Part shown: piece after piece, positions 9,660 to 19,788 of the stretch
Layout: every line of letters starts with the position of its first letter
How positions within the stretch are numbered: the first letter of the stretch is position 1
Origin: Acidobacteriota bacterium
Lineage (GTDB): Bacteria; Acidobacteriota; UBA6911
Assembly: GCA_963664705.1 (NCBI GenBank)
Contig: OY761556.1
Coordinates: forward strand, 1,792,001-1,856,000
DNA length: 64,000 nucleotides
Reading direction: 5' to 3'
Program-made: the position numbers and the translations under genes
The notes under the pieces: model-generated
What the model saw: only the letters and a program-made list of their open reading frames with translations
Told to the model about the DNA's origin: nothing
Database searches by the model: none

Positions 9660-11384
9660 TCAGTGCAGTCCACAAGACCCATCTTTACACGTGACGGGTG
9701 CCGGCATTCGGATGGGCTTTTCGTCCAGGCAGATTCCTTTCCTGGGGATCCACTTGTCTATCGATACTGTCTGCGTGTAAGTAAAATCGGTGGTTGTGAA
9801 CATGGGATTCCATTCTCCACCGACAACCACCAGATTTATGGCTGCCGGGCGCATGGCAAAAGGCCCCTGGGGTTTTTTGAGGCGATCGAGCAGCCACTGA
9901 CGAAAGTCCTCTTTTGTCTTGAATCCTTCCTGGTCTTTTAGAGCCTTTGCTGTGAGGGGATCCATGACAAATGTTCCACCCGGAGCCATTGTCTGCATGC
10001 CGTTCATGGCATCAAGCATACGACTGGCCGTTCCAAACGGACCAGGGGTTCCCATGCCCAGATGGTTGATATTCCATCCGCGGAACAGGCTGACCGTGCT
10101 TTCACCAGGCTTGAATCCCTTTTCCACACTCAGCGAATCCCAGGGCGATTCCTCTTCGTTTTCGCCCGCAAACATATTGTTGTAGTTGGTGACGTTTCCA
10201 AAAGTTGCCGTAAAATTCTGGTTAATCTTGGCATTGCCAAAATTAAGGCTCATGAATGTATACGCCCGTCCTATTACGGAATTGGCGAAATTGAATGGAC
10301 TGAAGGCGCCTGAGCCACAATTGATTGCGATCAGATTGCGAATGGGACCATTGACGATGACCATACGGCCAAAGGATGTAGTTGAGCTGGGCATGGACGG
10401 TTCCTGGCTCGCAGCCAATGCAAGGATTACAGGAAAATGCTCGGGCCTGGCGCCGGCCATTACTGCATTGATGGCCACCTTTTCAACCGTATATTCATAG
10501 CGTTCTTCATGCGTTGTTACGGACATCCTCCCTACGACTTCATCCGGCGGATGGTCCGTGCCCATCAGCATTTCAGCGACTCTTTCTTCTGTCGGAAGCT
10601 CGATAGGCATGCCATCCGTCCATCCGTTTTCGATGAACATGCGCTTGTAGTTTGCCAGCGTATCCTTTTTCAGTAATCGTGGTCGCTTTGCCCTTTTGAC
10701 GATCCGTGGATTTTTTTCGTCCTCTGTCAGAGGAAGCGTAAGCGCATCTACCATTTCCTGCATCAGGGGCATTCCGGAAACGGGATCGTTGCCATCAACA
10801 TAGCCCCGCAGCGTTTCCTGGGATACCCAGCCGACGGGATAGGGGGGAAAGGCAAGGCGAATAAGCATGCCGTGGCTGTCGGTGTCTCTTGCCACGTAAT
10901 TGGCAAACTTCGCCGTAACCACGGCGCAGGTTGGGACGCGGTGTGTATGTTCCAGCGTTCTGGTAAATTCGGCGATACTCGCCGAGCAGCCATCTCAGCC
11001 TCCAACCCCAACGATGGCAGCATCTCCCTTTTCTTCAATTTCCGCCCATAACACGGGATCGTCGGAGAAGATAGATCCTTGGGTGCTTCTCGATTCTGTC
11101 TTCACGCCCGGCATATTCCTTGAGAACCAGGCGGCAACTTCTCCCATAAAGTCCTTGGCTCCGTGAAACCCCGTTTCCACGAGATAAACCGTCTTGCCTT
11201 CCAGACTCTCCAGTCGAGGAGCCATCATCTGCCCTTGCATGGAGGCGAGTTCCTGTGTGGGTTGACGGTAGGGATCCAAAACCACGCCATTGTTTTTTAA
11301 GGTGGGGTCGGATATGCGTCCAAAAATACCGGATGGCTGGCCCACGGGATCCAAAACATTTTCGAGAATAACATCTTCTGACAC
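9660..11384 (-). CDS. UGSC-family (seleno)protein, 574 aa with in-frame UGA (Sec130, U-D-G-C motif)
   Basis: ORFs 10995..11384 and 9660..10922 are in one frame separated only by TGA at 10995-10997. Readthrough gives AIVGVGG-U-DGCSASIAEF...VPTCAVVTAKF. GTG start with RBS GGAAGGAG. Confidence 0.85.
10969..10985 (-). promoter_or_regulatory. Bacterial SECIS-like hairpin
   Basis: mRNA UCGGCGA-GUA-UCGCCGA: perfect 7-bp stem starting 9 nt after the UGA, loop begins with G after a 16-nt spacer. Confidence 0.7.
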
Positions 11385-11560
11385 GGCTCGATCTCCTTCC
11401 GCAAAGGCTGCAAATGTGCCGCCGAGAGCAATGAAACTCAGAAAGTGCTGTTACTCTTTTACTACGAAAATGGGGTGACTGTCAGCATGGATGCTTATCG
11501 AAACTGCAGATGGCAGAAAGGCGGCATTAACAGGAAGTTGGGAAGGAATAGGGGATTCGG

Positions 11561-11596
11561 GGATGAGCTTGTGACGGAATCACCACAAGCTCATCC
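11561..11596. terminator. Stem-loop downstream of the response regulator
   Basis: 13-bp inverted repeat ggatgagcttgtg / cacaagctcatcc; no clear U-tract. Confidence 0.5.
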
Positions 11597-11628
11597 TTGC
11601 AGAGGTCAAAGAACCGCAAAGCCGGCGC

Positions 11629-12024
11629 TCACTTGATTAGTTGGAGTTTACGCAATTCTCCAAGCAGTTTTTCCTGATCGAGCGGCTTGATCAGATATGC
11701 ATCGCATTGCTCGCGGAAGGCCGACATGATGTTTGTCTTATCTTTGAGTCCAGTGGTGACCGCGACTTTGATTCCTTTGCCTGGGCCGATGCCGGACTTT
11801 TCTTCCATCTCTTTGATTTCGCGAAGAACTTCGTGTCCATTCTTTTCGGGAATCATGATATCAAGGCACATGAAATCGTATGGTTCATTCGTCTTAATCG
11901 CGTTCTCAACCGCGGCCACGGCTTCTGTCCCGTTTACTGCAATGTGCGTGGGACCATAGCCTTTCAGAATTTCCTGAAGCAGCAGGCGACATGTAAAATC
12001 GTCTTCCACGATCAGAGTTTTCAT
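11629..12024 (-). CDS. Single-domain response regulator (CheY-like)
   Basis: LIVEDD, CLDIMIP.KNG, TTG and YLIKP. Confidence 0.9.
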   Translation of the reverse strand: MKTLIVEDDFTCRLLLQEILKGYGPTHIAVNGTEAVAAVENAIKTNEPYDFMCLDIMIPEKNGHEVLREIKEMEEKSGIGPGKGIKVAVTTGLKDKTNIMSAFREQCDAYLIKPLDQEKLLGELRKLQLIK

Positions 12025-12144
12025 AATTTCAAATCCTCTCTACTGTTTCATGGCAGCTTGCGACCTGCCTCTACTTGGGGTGGTGCGATTCCCGTCGGCA
12101 CAGTGCTGGGAGTGCGTCCTCCATACGGCGGGCTTCAGCAAACT

Positions 12145-12171
12145 TCATCGGATTGTCCTGCAATAACTTTA
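12145..12171 (-). promoter_or_regulatory. Sigma-28 (FliA)-like promoter
   Basis: TAAA-N15-TCCGATGA on the minus strand upstream of the CheY-like gene. Confidence 0.6.
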
Positions 12172-12254
12172 TTTTCGCTTCTCGGGGATACTTCTGTAAA
12201 GTGCGTCTGACGCTGCTCCGAATGAGTTCGTAGATTGCGGAATCCATATTCCTA

Positions 12255-12281
12255 TAATTGAATAAAGAATCCGTCCGATAT
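12255..12281 (+). promoter_or_regulatory. Sigma-28 (FliA)-like promoter upstream of the MCP leader
   Basis: TAAT-N15-TCCGATAT. Confidence 0.45.
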
Positions 12282-12366
12282 GAATCTTGTGGGTCTCCTG
12301 TAGTGTGGATTCATTAAAAAGAGACATTTGGCGTCTTAACGGGTAGATATCGGATCTGCAAGTTGC

Positions 12367-12419
12367 AAGGCGCATTGGGCATCGGAAGTCGACATGATGC
12401 CCAATGCGCCTTTTTTTTT
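12367..12419 (+). terminator. Intrinsic terminator in the MCP 5' leader
   Basis: 15-bp perfect stem ggcgcattgggcatc / gatgcccaatgcgcc followed by nine Ts, ending 70 nt before the MCP ATG. Confidence 0.85.
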
Positions 12420-12489
12420 GGTCGGAAAGACATCGTTGGTTGTGCGAGTTCTGCGGGAGAGCCAATTCAACGATACGGAGGGTGGGAAG

Positions 12490-14742
12490 ATGAAGTGGTT
12501 CTATAACATGAAGATATCGTCAAAGCTGGTTTGTGTTGCAGTATTGCTGGCCTTATTTGCGGGAGTAGTCGGCTACGAAGGCATAACGGAGCTGAACAAA
12601 CTAAGCAAAGCCAACATGGACATGTACTCCCAAAGCCTTCTTTCTATTTCCATATTATCGGAAAATGCAAAATTGCTGCAGATGCCGCGCGTCTCGATCC
12701 GGGATGCCTTCCTCGATGAGAATCTTGAAAAGACCATCAAAACCGGCAGAGAGCAAATCAAGGTGGTTGCCGACAATCTGAAAGCCTACGAGCCAAGGGT
12801 GAGTTCGGCCGAGGAGCGGAAGGAATATGATGCGGTGATGTCGTTCATCGGCAAGTACACCGAGTACTACGAACAATACGTACAGATTGTCAGAGACAAA
12901 AAAAAGAGAACGGAAGCCCTTGCCTATATGCGTGGCCCGCTTCGAACCGTGGCAACAGGGTCGAGAAATTCACTGGATAAGATGTCCGAAATGAAAAGGG
13001 CTGAAGCCAAGGCCGCAATGGATTCCGACACTGCCGCAGCGAAAAAGTCCACTCGAATCATGCTGGCAATCATTGGGATTGGCATGAGCCTCGCCATCGT
13101 GCTTGGATTGTGGCTTGCGCGGATAATTTCGAGGCCGATTAAGCAGGTCGCGGAACGCGCCGAAACCCTACAGCGGATTTGTATCACCAATCTCGGAAAA
13201 GCGAGTGATGCAATGGCGCATGGAGATCTTGATGTTAAAATCGTGACGGCTACGCAACCCCTGGATATTGATACTAAAGATGAAGTCGGGGCGTTGGCGC
13301 GAAGCGTCAATGGCATCATTGCCCAAACGCAATCCACCGTGGCATCGTTCGAAGCGGCCATGGCAAATCTGCGCAAAGTCACCAATGAAATTAATGAACT
13401 CATCCAAAGCGCTCAGGAAGGCAACCTCGGCAATCGCGGAAAAGCGCAGAACTTCGAGGGCGGCTATCGTCAGATGGTTGAGGGGTTCAATTCCACACTC
13501 GATGCCGTAGTAGGCCCCTTACAGATGGCATCCGGCTATATTCAGAGAATCAGCAAAGGAGATATCCCCCCAACAATCGTTGAAAATTACAAAGGTGATT
13601 TCAACGACATCAAGAATAGCCTGAATTTGTGCATTGAAAGCCTGCGGAACTTAATAGAAGAAGATGGCGGCGCGGCATTGCTCGCAGCTGCCAACAAAGA
13701 TTTAACGGCGAGGGTCCGGCGGGATTATGAGGGTGCTTTTGGAAAGATGAAGTCCAACATCAACCTTTTGATTCAGAATCTCGATCAGGCGCTTTTGCAG
13801 GTATCGCTTGCGGCCGATCAGGTTGCTGCTGCATCGGGTGAAATTTCTTCCGGAAGCCAGACGCTTTCACAGGGGGCCTCTGAACAGGCCAGTTCCCTGG
13901 AAGAAGTGTCCAGCAGCCTGCAGGAAATGGCTTCTATGACAAGGCGCAATGCTGAAAATGCCAAAGAAGCCAGAAGCCTCTCTGATTCAGCGCTATCAAC
14001 AGCGGATAAGGGTGTGGAAAGCATGAAACGCCTTTCCTCCGCTATTGACAGGATCAAAGCATCATCGGATTCAACCGCCAAGATTGTTAAGACGATTGAC
14101 GAAATTGCCTTCCAGACGAATCTGCTGGCATTGAATGCCGCAGTCGAAGCTGCAAGAGCAGGCGATGCCGGCAAAGGATTCGCTGTGGTTGCAGAGGAAG
14201 TGCGTAATCTCGCGATGCGAAGCGCTGAAGCAGCGAAAAACACTTCCAACATGATTGAAGAATCGGTCAAAAATGCCGAAGGCGGCGTGTCGATCAACCG
14301 GGAGGTTCTGGAAAACCTGACGGAGATCAATAGCCAGGTGAACAGGGTTAATGCGGTGATGGCGGAGATCGCGGCAGCCTCGGAACAACAGAGCCAGGGC
14401 GTGGACCAGGTCAGCACCGCGGTCGAGCAGATGAATCAGGTTACGCAGCAGGTGGCTGCAAATGCGGAGGAATCCGCAAGTGCTGCTGAAGAACTTTCGG
14501 GACAGTCCGAAGAGATGAAGAGTATGGTTGCTGCATTCCAGATTAGTCAAAATGGGATGGGCCGTTCGGGGTCGTCACGCCGTTTACGGCAGGACGTGGT
14601 GGCTATGAATAACGCCTGGGGCACCCCAAAATCTGTTAAGGATAACCCGGGAAAAAAGGCAAATGGATCTATGACTGGGCATATGGATCCATCGATGAGT
14701 GCATTTGATGGTGGCGAGCAGTCGATTCTTGAAGATTTTTAA
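12490..14742 (+). CDS. Methyl-accepting chemotaxis protein (four-helix sensor, multiple HAMP domains)
   Basis: Two TMs, HAMP (DEVGALARS), signalling hairpin [37 protein letters not shown]. Start reassigned to MKWFYN. Confidence 0.95.
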   Translation: MKWFYNMKISSKLVCVAVLLALFAGVVGYEGITELNKLSKANMDMYSQSLLSISILSENAKLLQMPRVSIRDAFLDENLEKTIKTGREQIKVVADNLKAYEPRVSSAEERKEYDAVMSFIGKYTEYYEQYVQIVRDKKKRTEALAYMRGPLRTVATGSRNSLDKMSEMKRAEAKAAMDSDTAAAKKSTRIMLAIIGIGMSLAIVLGLWLARIISRPIKQVAERAETLQRICITNLGKASDAMAHGDLDVKIVTATQPLDIDTKDEVGALARSVNGIIAQTQSTVASFEAAMANLRKVTNEINELIQSAQEGNLGNRGKAQNFEGGYRQMVEGFNSTLDAVVGPLQMASGYIQRISKGDIPPTIVENYKGDFNDIKNSLNLCIESLRNLIEEDGGAALLAAANKDLTARVRRDYEGAFGKMKSNINLLIQNLDQALLQVSLAADQVAAASGEISSGSQTLSQGASEQASSLEEVSSSLQEMASMTRRNAENAKEARSLSDSALSTADKGVESMKRLSSAIDRIKASSDSTAKIVKTIDEIAFQTNLLALNAAVEAARAGDAGKGFAVVAEEVRNLAMRSAEAAKNTSNMIEESVKNAEGGVSINREVLENLTEINSQVNRVNAVMAEIAAASEQQSQGVDQVSTAVEQMNQVTQQVAANAEESASAAEELSGQSEEMKSMVAAFQISQNGMGRSGSSRRLRQDVVAMNNAWGTPKSVKDNPGKKANGSMTGHMDPSMSAFDGGEQSILEDF

Positions 14743-14849
14743 ATAAATCTGATAATCGAGGATTCCCCCGGGCTGGTAATTTATCCCGTAGAAAAGATGG
14801 CGAATATGGGAATCGACGGTGCATCGGAAACATCCAGAGGCTAAATAAT

Positions 14850-16262
14850 ATGAGACAGAGGATTGCAAAGGTTCTCTTTGGGGCCTTTGTAGCTTTGGTA
14901 GCTTGTGCCTTGACGACACAGGCCCAGGAGGCAAAGAAACCGGGACAGACGGTGACCTCAAAGAGCGGGGCGCCCGCAGATCCAAAAACGCCGACGACGG
15001 CCAAGCCGGCCAAATCGGAATCAAAAGCTGGTGAGGAATATGCCAGCTTCTGGCCTTCCTGGTTTCAAATGGCATTTACCTATAGAGGGCGACTGGAAAA
15101 TACCTCGGGCGTCGGATATACCGCAAATGCCGACGATACTTATTATTTGGGGCGGTTTCGCGTCGAAGCCAACCTCCGCGTCAACAAATACCTCAATTTC
15201 TTTGCAATGACACAGGATACGCGCGTCAATGACTACGATTATGTAGTTGCTCGGCCCGCCAGTATGCTGGACGACTTTGATTTGCGGCAGGCTTATGTGG
15301 ACGTGCATCGCGAGACAAAAGGATCCAAGATATCTTTCCGGCTCGGGACACAATATCTGGATATGGGATCCAAGCGTTTGGTTGCAGTCTCAACCTGGTC
15401 CAATTCGACGCCTGTTTACCACGCAGCGAAGCTGGCATTTTCCAAAAGCTGGATCTCCGCAGACCTGTTTGCGGCTACCAGAGTGTCTAACATCAGAGCA
15501 AGGAATTTCAATGAACCCAAGCCTGGTGAAAACATTTATGGCGGATACTTTTCTCTGAGCCGGTTGATCCCCGATGCTAAAGTGGAACCCTATATCTTCT
15601 GGCGGACGCAGCCATTGGTAACGGACGAAAATAAGCTAAAGGGCGATAGCGATCTTGCAACGTTCGGATTTCGGTTTTTGGGTAAGCTTCCGCGCCGATT
15701 TACCTATGCAACCGAAATTGCCATTCAGAAGGGCACCTATGCACAGGATGATGTATCTGCATGGGCTGGAATGTGGAATGTGGGCTATACGCTTTCAAAA
15801 TCCACCAGAAAACCTGCAGTTTCTTTTGAATTCAATTATGCCAGCGGCGATGAAACAAAAGGCGATGGGATTCGCAGCACCTTCGATCAACTCTATGCGT
15901 CGAACCATTCCAACTATGGGATTGCAGACCAGGTTGGCTGGAGAAACACGATTAATTACAAAGTTGGTTTCGAAATTGGGATCACCAAAAAGCTCAAAGC
16001 TCAATTCGATGTAAACGATTTTTATTTGGCCACACTGCAGGATTCTCTTTACACCGATAATGGCTCTGCGGTTGTGAAGAACAGCACCGCATCAAGCCGG
16101 CACGTGGGCGTGGAGCCGGATCTGCAATTGACCTATAAGGCTAACAGGAATTTGACTATTGGCGCTGGGTATGGGCGCCTTATTTGCGGCAAGTTTTTGA
16201 AGGAATCCTCCCCGGGACAATCCTTCAGCTATCCGTATGTCTACTGGGAATATCGTTATTAG
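14850..16262 (+). CDS. Alginate export family outer-membrane beta-barrel protein
   Basis: Signal peptide; DLRQAYV, NYASGD, TFDQLY..NH..YGIAD.VGWRN; C-terminal YRY. Confidence 0.8.
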   Translation: MRQRIAKVLFGAFVALVACALTTQAQEAKKPGQTVTSKSGAPADPKTPTTAKPAKSESKAGEEYASFWPSWFQMAFTYRGRLENTSGVGYTANADDTYYLGRFRVEANLRVNKYLNFFAMTQDTRVNDYDYVVARPASMLDDFDLRQAYVDVHRETKGSKISFRLGTQYLDMGSKRLVAVSTWSNSTPVYHAAKLAFSKSWISADLFAATRVSNIRARNFNEPKPGENIYGGYFSLSRLIPDAKVEPYIFWRTQPLVTDENKLKGDSDLATFGFRFLGKLPRRFTYATEIAIQKGTYAQDDVSAWAGMWNVGYTLSKSTRKPAVSFEFNYASGDETKGDGIRSTFDQLYASNHSNYGIADQVGWRNTINYKVGFEIGITKKLKAQFDVNDFYLATLQDSLYTDNGSAVVKNSTASSRHVGVEPDLQLTYKANRNLTIGAGYGRLICGKFLKESSPGQSFSYPYVYWEYRY

Positions 16263-16334
16263 TCTGCGTGTAATTTGTCGTACCCTTCTCAATCTCCTTT
16301 TTCCAACTCCAATGGACTGGTAGTTGGGTATTTA

Positions 16335-16362
16335 GAAGGCCCCGGCTGCGGCTGGGGCCTTC
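16335..16362 (+). terminator. Probable terminator
   Basis: GC-rich 12-bp stem gaaggccccggc / gctggggccttc, followed by gcttt. Confidence 0.55.
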
Positions 16363-16763
16363 GCTTTAGCCGGACAAAACCCCAAAACGAACCGCATTAT
16401 CAGGGCGATGGACTATCGTCGCAGGTGCATTAATCAAGGCTGCAACGCATTGGGGATGTCGCGGTGCCGGTGGCATCAGCGCCATGCAAGCAGGCATGCC
16501 CCTTGCCGGCGGGACACCGAAGCTCCCAGTATGGCCTCAACTCAATCCAGAATAAGCTCCTTTTTGGCATGAATTTCCACAGGATGAATATTGCTTGACT
16601 CCGCGCGGAAGGTTGGGCGATTCTTCTGGCGTTTACGTATTCGAGCAATTTTCAGAAGATCCGTCTGTTTTTGTTGTCTTGATCCGCCGGGAAGCACGAT
16701 GTGCCTATTTGCGGGAGCAGACACATAAAACCCAATTACTGGAAGCGAAGTTAGGAGAGGCCT

Positions 16764-18044
16764 GTGCCTATCGCAATTGTGGGAATGCTTGATGAGCGAG
16801 AACAGGTGCTTACGCTGCTCAAGGAGCTCATTGGAAAAAGAGGGCATAAATCGGTATTGGTGGATATCAGTGTCGGCAATGGCGCAATCATTCCTGCCAT
16901 AAAGGCGGATATTACCTGCGAAGAATTGGCTGCCCTTGCTGCAAAGGAATCAACGGAAGGCGGCACCAGACCCCGCACCGCAATAATGGCGGAGGGCCTG
17001 AAAGAAAAGATCCGGTCCATGGTGCAAGCCGGCGACTTGGACGGCCTCATTGCGGTAACCGGAATGACCGGAGCACTGATTACGCTGAACGCTATGGACG
17101 CCATTCCATTCGGAATACCCAAACTGTTGATTTCCGGAGCCACCGGACAGCCGGTTCATGCCAGTCAGTTCGCCAATTATTTTGCCGTGAAAGATATCAC
17201 CGTAATGAATACGGTGGTGGATACGGTTGGAATGAACGCGCTGGTCAGGACACTTGCGGTTAATGGGGCAAACGCCATTTGCGGCATGGTGGAGGCAGGG
17301 AAGGTATCGTTGACGGAAGGAAGGCCATCGATCGCGATAACGGAATTTGGTTTCTGTGACAGGGGTGCGCACTATATTCGAGAAATACTCGAAGAAACGT
17401 ATGACATTGTTTCATTTCATGCCATGGGGTTGGGGGACAAGGCGCTGCCGGGATTGATTCACCAGGGGATTTTCAGCGCTTTTGTCGATCTTGTGCCGGG
17501 CGCTTTTACGGATCATCTCCTGGGCGGGAATCGAGGCGTTTTTGGACCCGGGCGACTCGATATCGCAAGGCATCTGCACATTCCCTACATTTTCTGTCCG
17601 GGCGGTTTTGACATCATCAGTTGCGGCCCCATCGAACGGAAGAATGGTAATGACCCGCTCTGGACATCCAGGAAACTGGCGGAGAGGAAGTTGTATTTGC
17701 AGGACGCGCACAGGGTTCAGGCCAGGATGAGCGCCGAAGAGACGGAATTCATCGCATTGGCAGCCGCTGAGCGGCTGAATCTATACGAGAATAAAAATAG
17801 GGTGAAGGCGGTTGTTCCGATTTATGGTTTTTCGGCAATCAGCTTGGAGGGCGGTCCTCTGTATGATCCTGTTGCGGATGAGATATTTGGCCTCGCATTC
17901 AGAAGCTGTCTTGATCCTGCGATAGAGTTGGTTGAAGTGGATTCCGACATTAATAGTCCTGATTTTGCCAAGGCTGTGGCAGGAGCCTTGGCAAGAGCGC
18001 TTGCCGATCAAACGAGTGCAGGGGGTACTGCAAAGGATGACTAG
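16764..18044 (+). CDS. Tm-1-like ATP-binding domain protein (UPF0261), divergent copy
   Basis: PFGIPKLLIS, DITVMNTVVDTVGMN, NGANAICGMV, FHAMG and INSPDFA. N-terminal GMLDER replaces canonical GTLDTK. Confidence 0.85.
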   Translation: MPIAIVGMLDEREQVLTLLKELIGKRGHKSVLVDISVGNGAIIPAIKADITCEELAALAAKESTEGGTRPRTAIMAEGLKEKIRSMVQAGDLDGLIAVTGMTGALITLNAMDAIPFGIPKLLISGATGQPVHASQFANYFAVKDITVMNTVVDTVGMNALVRTLAVNGANAICGMVEAGKVSLTEGRPSIAITEFGFCDRGAHYIREILEETYDIVSFHAMGLGDKALPGLIHQGIFSAFVDLVPGAFTDHLLGGNRGVFGPGRLDIARHLHIPYIFCPGGFDIISCGPIERKNGNDPLWTSRKLAERKLYLQDAHRVQARMSAEETEFIALAAAERLNLYENKNRVKAVVPIYGFSAISLEGGPLYDPVADEIFGLAFRSCLDPAIELVEVDSDINSPDFAKAVAGALARALADQTSAGGTAKDD

Positions 18045-19788
18045 AATCGAATTTGTTGATCAGACAATCCGCGATGCACAGCAAAGCCTGTGGGGATTGA
18101 TGATGAGGACGGACCATATCGTCCCGATTGCGGAGATGATGGATAAGGTAGGTTATCGAGCCATCGCCACCGTGGGATCACAGGCATTTACCATTCAGGT
18201 GCGCAATCATCGGGAAGATCCCTGGGATCGGATCCGGCAGCTGTCGAAATTGCTGCCCGGCACTCCTCTTCGGGGATCGTATCAGACTGCAAGTTTATCC
18301 TCTTTCGATCTGAGCACGCCGCGAAGCATTATCGAACTGTGGATTCGGCGCTCGGTAGCCAACGGCATTCGTAGTTTCTGGATCTGTGATTATCAGGAAA
18401 ATATGGATCGATTCCGCTATTTTGCATCAATAGCAAAGGCGGAGGGTGCCGAGATTGTAACAGCGCTTATGTATACGTCGAGCCCGCTCCATGATAACGA
18501 TCATTGGGTTCAGAAAGCGCGGCTGATTGCCTCTGCGAAAGAATGCACCGACCGCATCATGATCGAAGATGCTTCTGGAGTCATGACTCCGGAGCGCGTA
18601 GGGCAGTTGGTTGGCCTGGTGCGGGAGAATTGCGACGGGATTCCGCTGGAATTTCACTGTCACTGCAATTCGGGATTAGCTCCGCTCTGCTATCTTGAAG
18701 CGGTCAAGGCTGGCGTAACGACCCTGCATACTGCGGTGGCGCCTCTTGCCAACGGGACTTCGCTGCCCGCGACCGAATCCATTGTCAGAAATATCCGGCG
18801 ATTGGGTTTTGAAACAAGCATTGACGTGGATGCCCTGGCAGCGGTGTCCAATCATTTCAGGGCGATTGCTGAAAAGGAAAATCTGCCTTTGGGCGTGCCT
18901 CGTGATTATGACCTCTTTCATTTTGAGCACCAGGTTCCCGGCGGCATGATGACGAATCTTACTCGACAGCTGAGAGAAGTGAAGCTGGAGCATCGATTGG
19001 ATGAAATCCTGGAGGAGGTTGCTCACGTTCGCAAAGACCTTGGATATCCTGTAATGGCAACTCCGTATTCGCAGATTGTGGGAAGCCAGGCGTTTGAAAA
19101 TGTGATTGCCGGCGAGCGATATAGAAATATAACGGAGGAAGTTATCAAGTATGCGCTGGATCTGTATGGAAAGCCGGCGTTTCCGTTGGACGGCAATCTC
19201 ATGGATAAGATTATGAGTCTGCCGAAAGCCAAAGAGTTCCTTGACTGGAAACCACAAGGCTATTTCAAATCGGTTGAAGAGCTGCGGCTGGAAATAGGGC
19301 CGGATCTATCTGATGATGACCTGCTGTTGAAAATTCTGATCCCGGGCAAGCAATCGCTTAAAAGGGGATCCAATCCCTCTCGGCCGGCGAAATCTGACGC
19401 TCCGCGAGTTTCCTCTGAGACAGTGACTGCAGATCGAAGCGGCTTACCGACAGAACTCTGTATTGAGGTGGATGGCGAGATTTTTAACGTCAGAATAACT
19501 GCAGCGAAACCGGGCACAGGGGCGGTTGATGTCGCTCAGCCGGAATCTCGCCATTCAGAAAAGGCGAATTCGGTGCCCGGCGCTGTTCCATGCGGAATGG
19601 CGGGATTGATACTATCGATCAATGCAAAAGTGGGAGATGTCGTGTCGGAAGGCGATCCGATAGCCGTGATTGAGGCAATGAAAATGCGGCGGCAGATTCC
19701 TTCTCCCGGACCCGGAATGGTTCATGAAATCCGAGCCAAAGAGGGGGAAATTGTCAGTGCCGAAGATATTCTGATGGTGATCCGCTAA
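18037..19788 (+). CDS. Pyruvate carboxylase subunit B-like protein (carboxyltransferase plus biotin carrier), divergent
   Basis: DQTIRDAQQSL, EDPWDRIR, FHCHCNSGL, HQVPGGMMTNL, GYPVMATPYSQIVG and biotin site EAMKM. Start overlaps the upstream stop. Confidence 0.88.
   Translation: MTRIEFVDQTIRDAQQSLWGLMMRTDHIVPIAEMMDKVGYRAIATVGSQAFTIQVRNHREDPWDRIRQLSKLLPGTPLRGSYQTASLSSFDLSTPRSIIELWIRRSVANGIRSFWICDYQENMDRFRYFASIAKAEGAEIVTALMYTSSPLHDNDHWVQKARLIASAKECTDRIMIEDASGVMTPERVGQLVGLVRENCDGIPLEFHCHCNSGLAPLCYLEAVKAGVTTLHTAVAPLANGTSLPATESIVRNIRRLGFETSIDVDALAAVSNHFRAIAEKENLPLGVPRDYDLFHFEHQVPGGMMTNLTRQLREVKLEHRLDEILEEVAHVRKDLGYPVMATPYSQIVGSQAFENVIAGERYRNITEEVIKYALDLYGKPAFPLDGNLMDKIMSLPKAKEFLDWKPQGYFKSVEELRLEIGPDLSDDDLLLKILIPGKQSLKRGSNPSRPAKSDAPRVSSETVTADRSGLPTELCIEVDGEIFNVRITAAKPGTGAVDVAQPESRHSEKANSVPGAVPCGMAGLILSINAKVGDVVSEGDPIAVIEAMKMRRQIPSPGPGMVHEIRAKEGEIVSAEDILMVIR

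Noticed and set aside
9660-11384. Two separate genes or a nonsense pseudogene
   Set aside because: The single in-frame TGA sits in a UxxC motif with a correctly placed hairpin, so Sec readthrough explains it better.
12030-12489. Known c-di-GMP-I/II riboswitch in the RR/MCP intergenic region
   Set aside because: By eye, neither the GGCAAA..GAAA..GACGCAAA core nor the GGCACU/AGUGCAACC pseudoknot is present on either strand.
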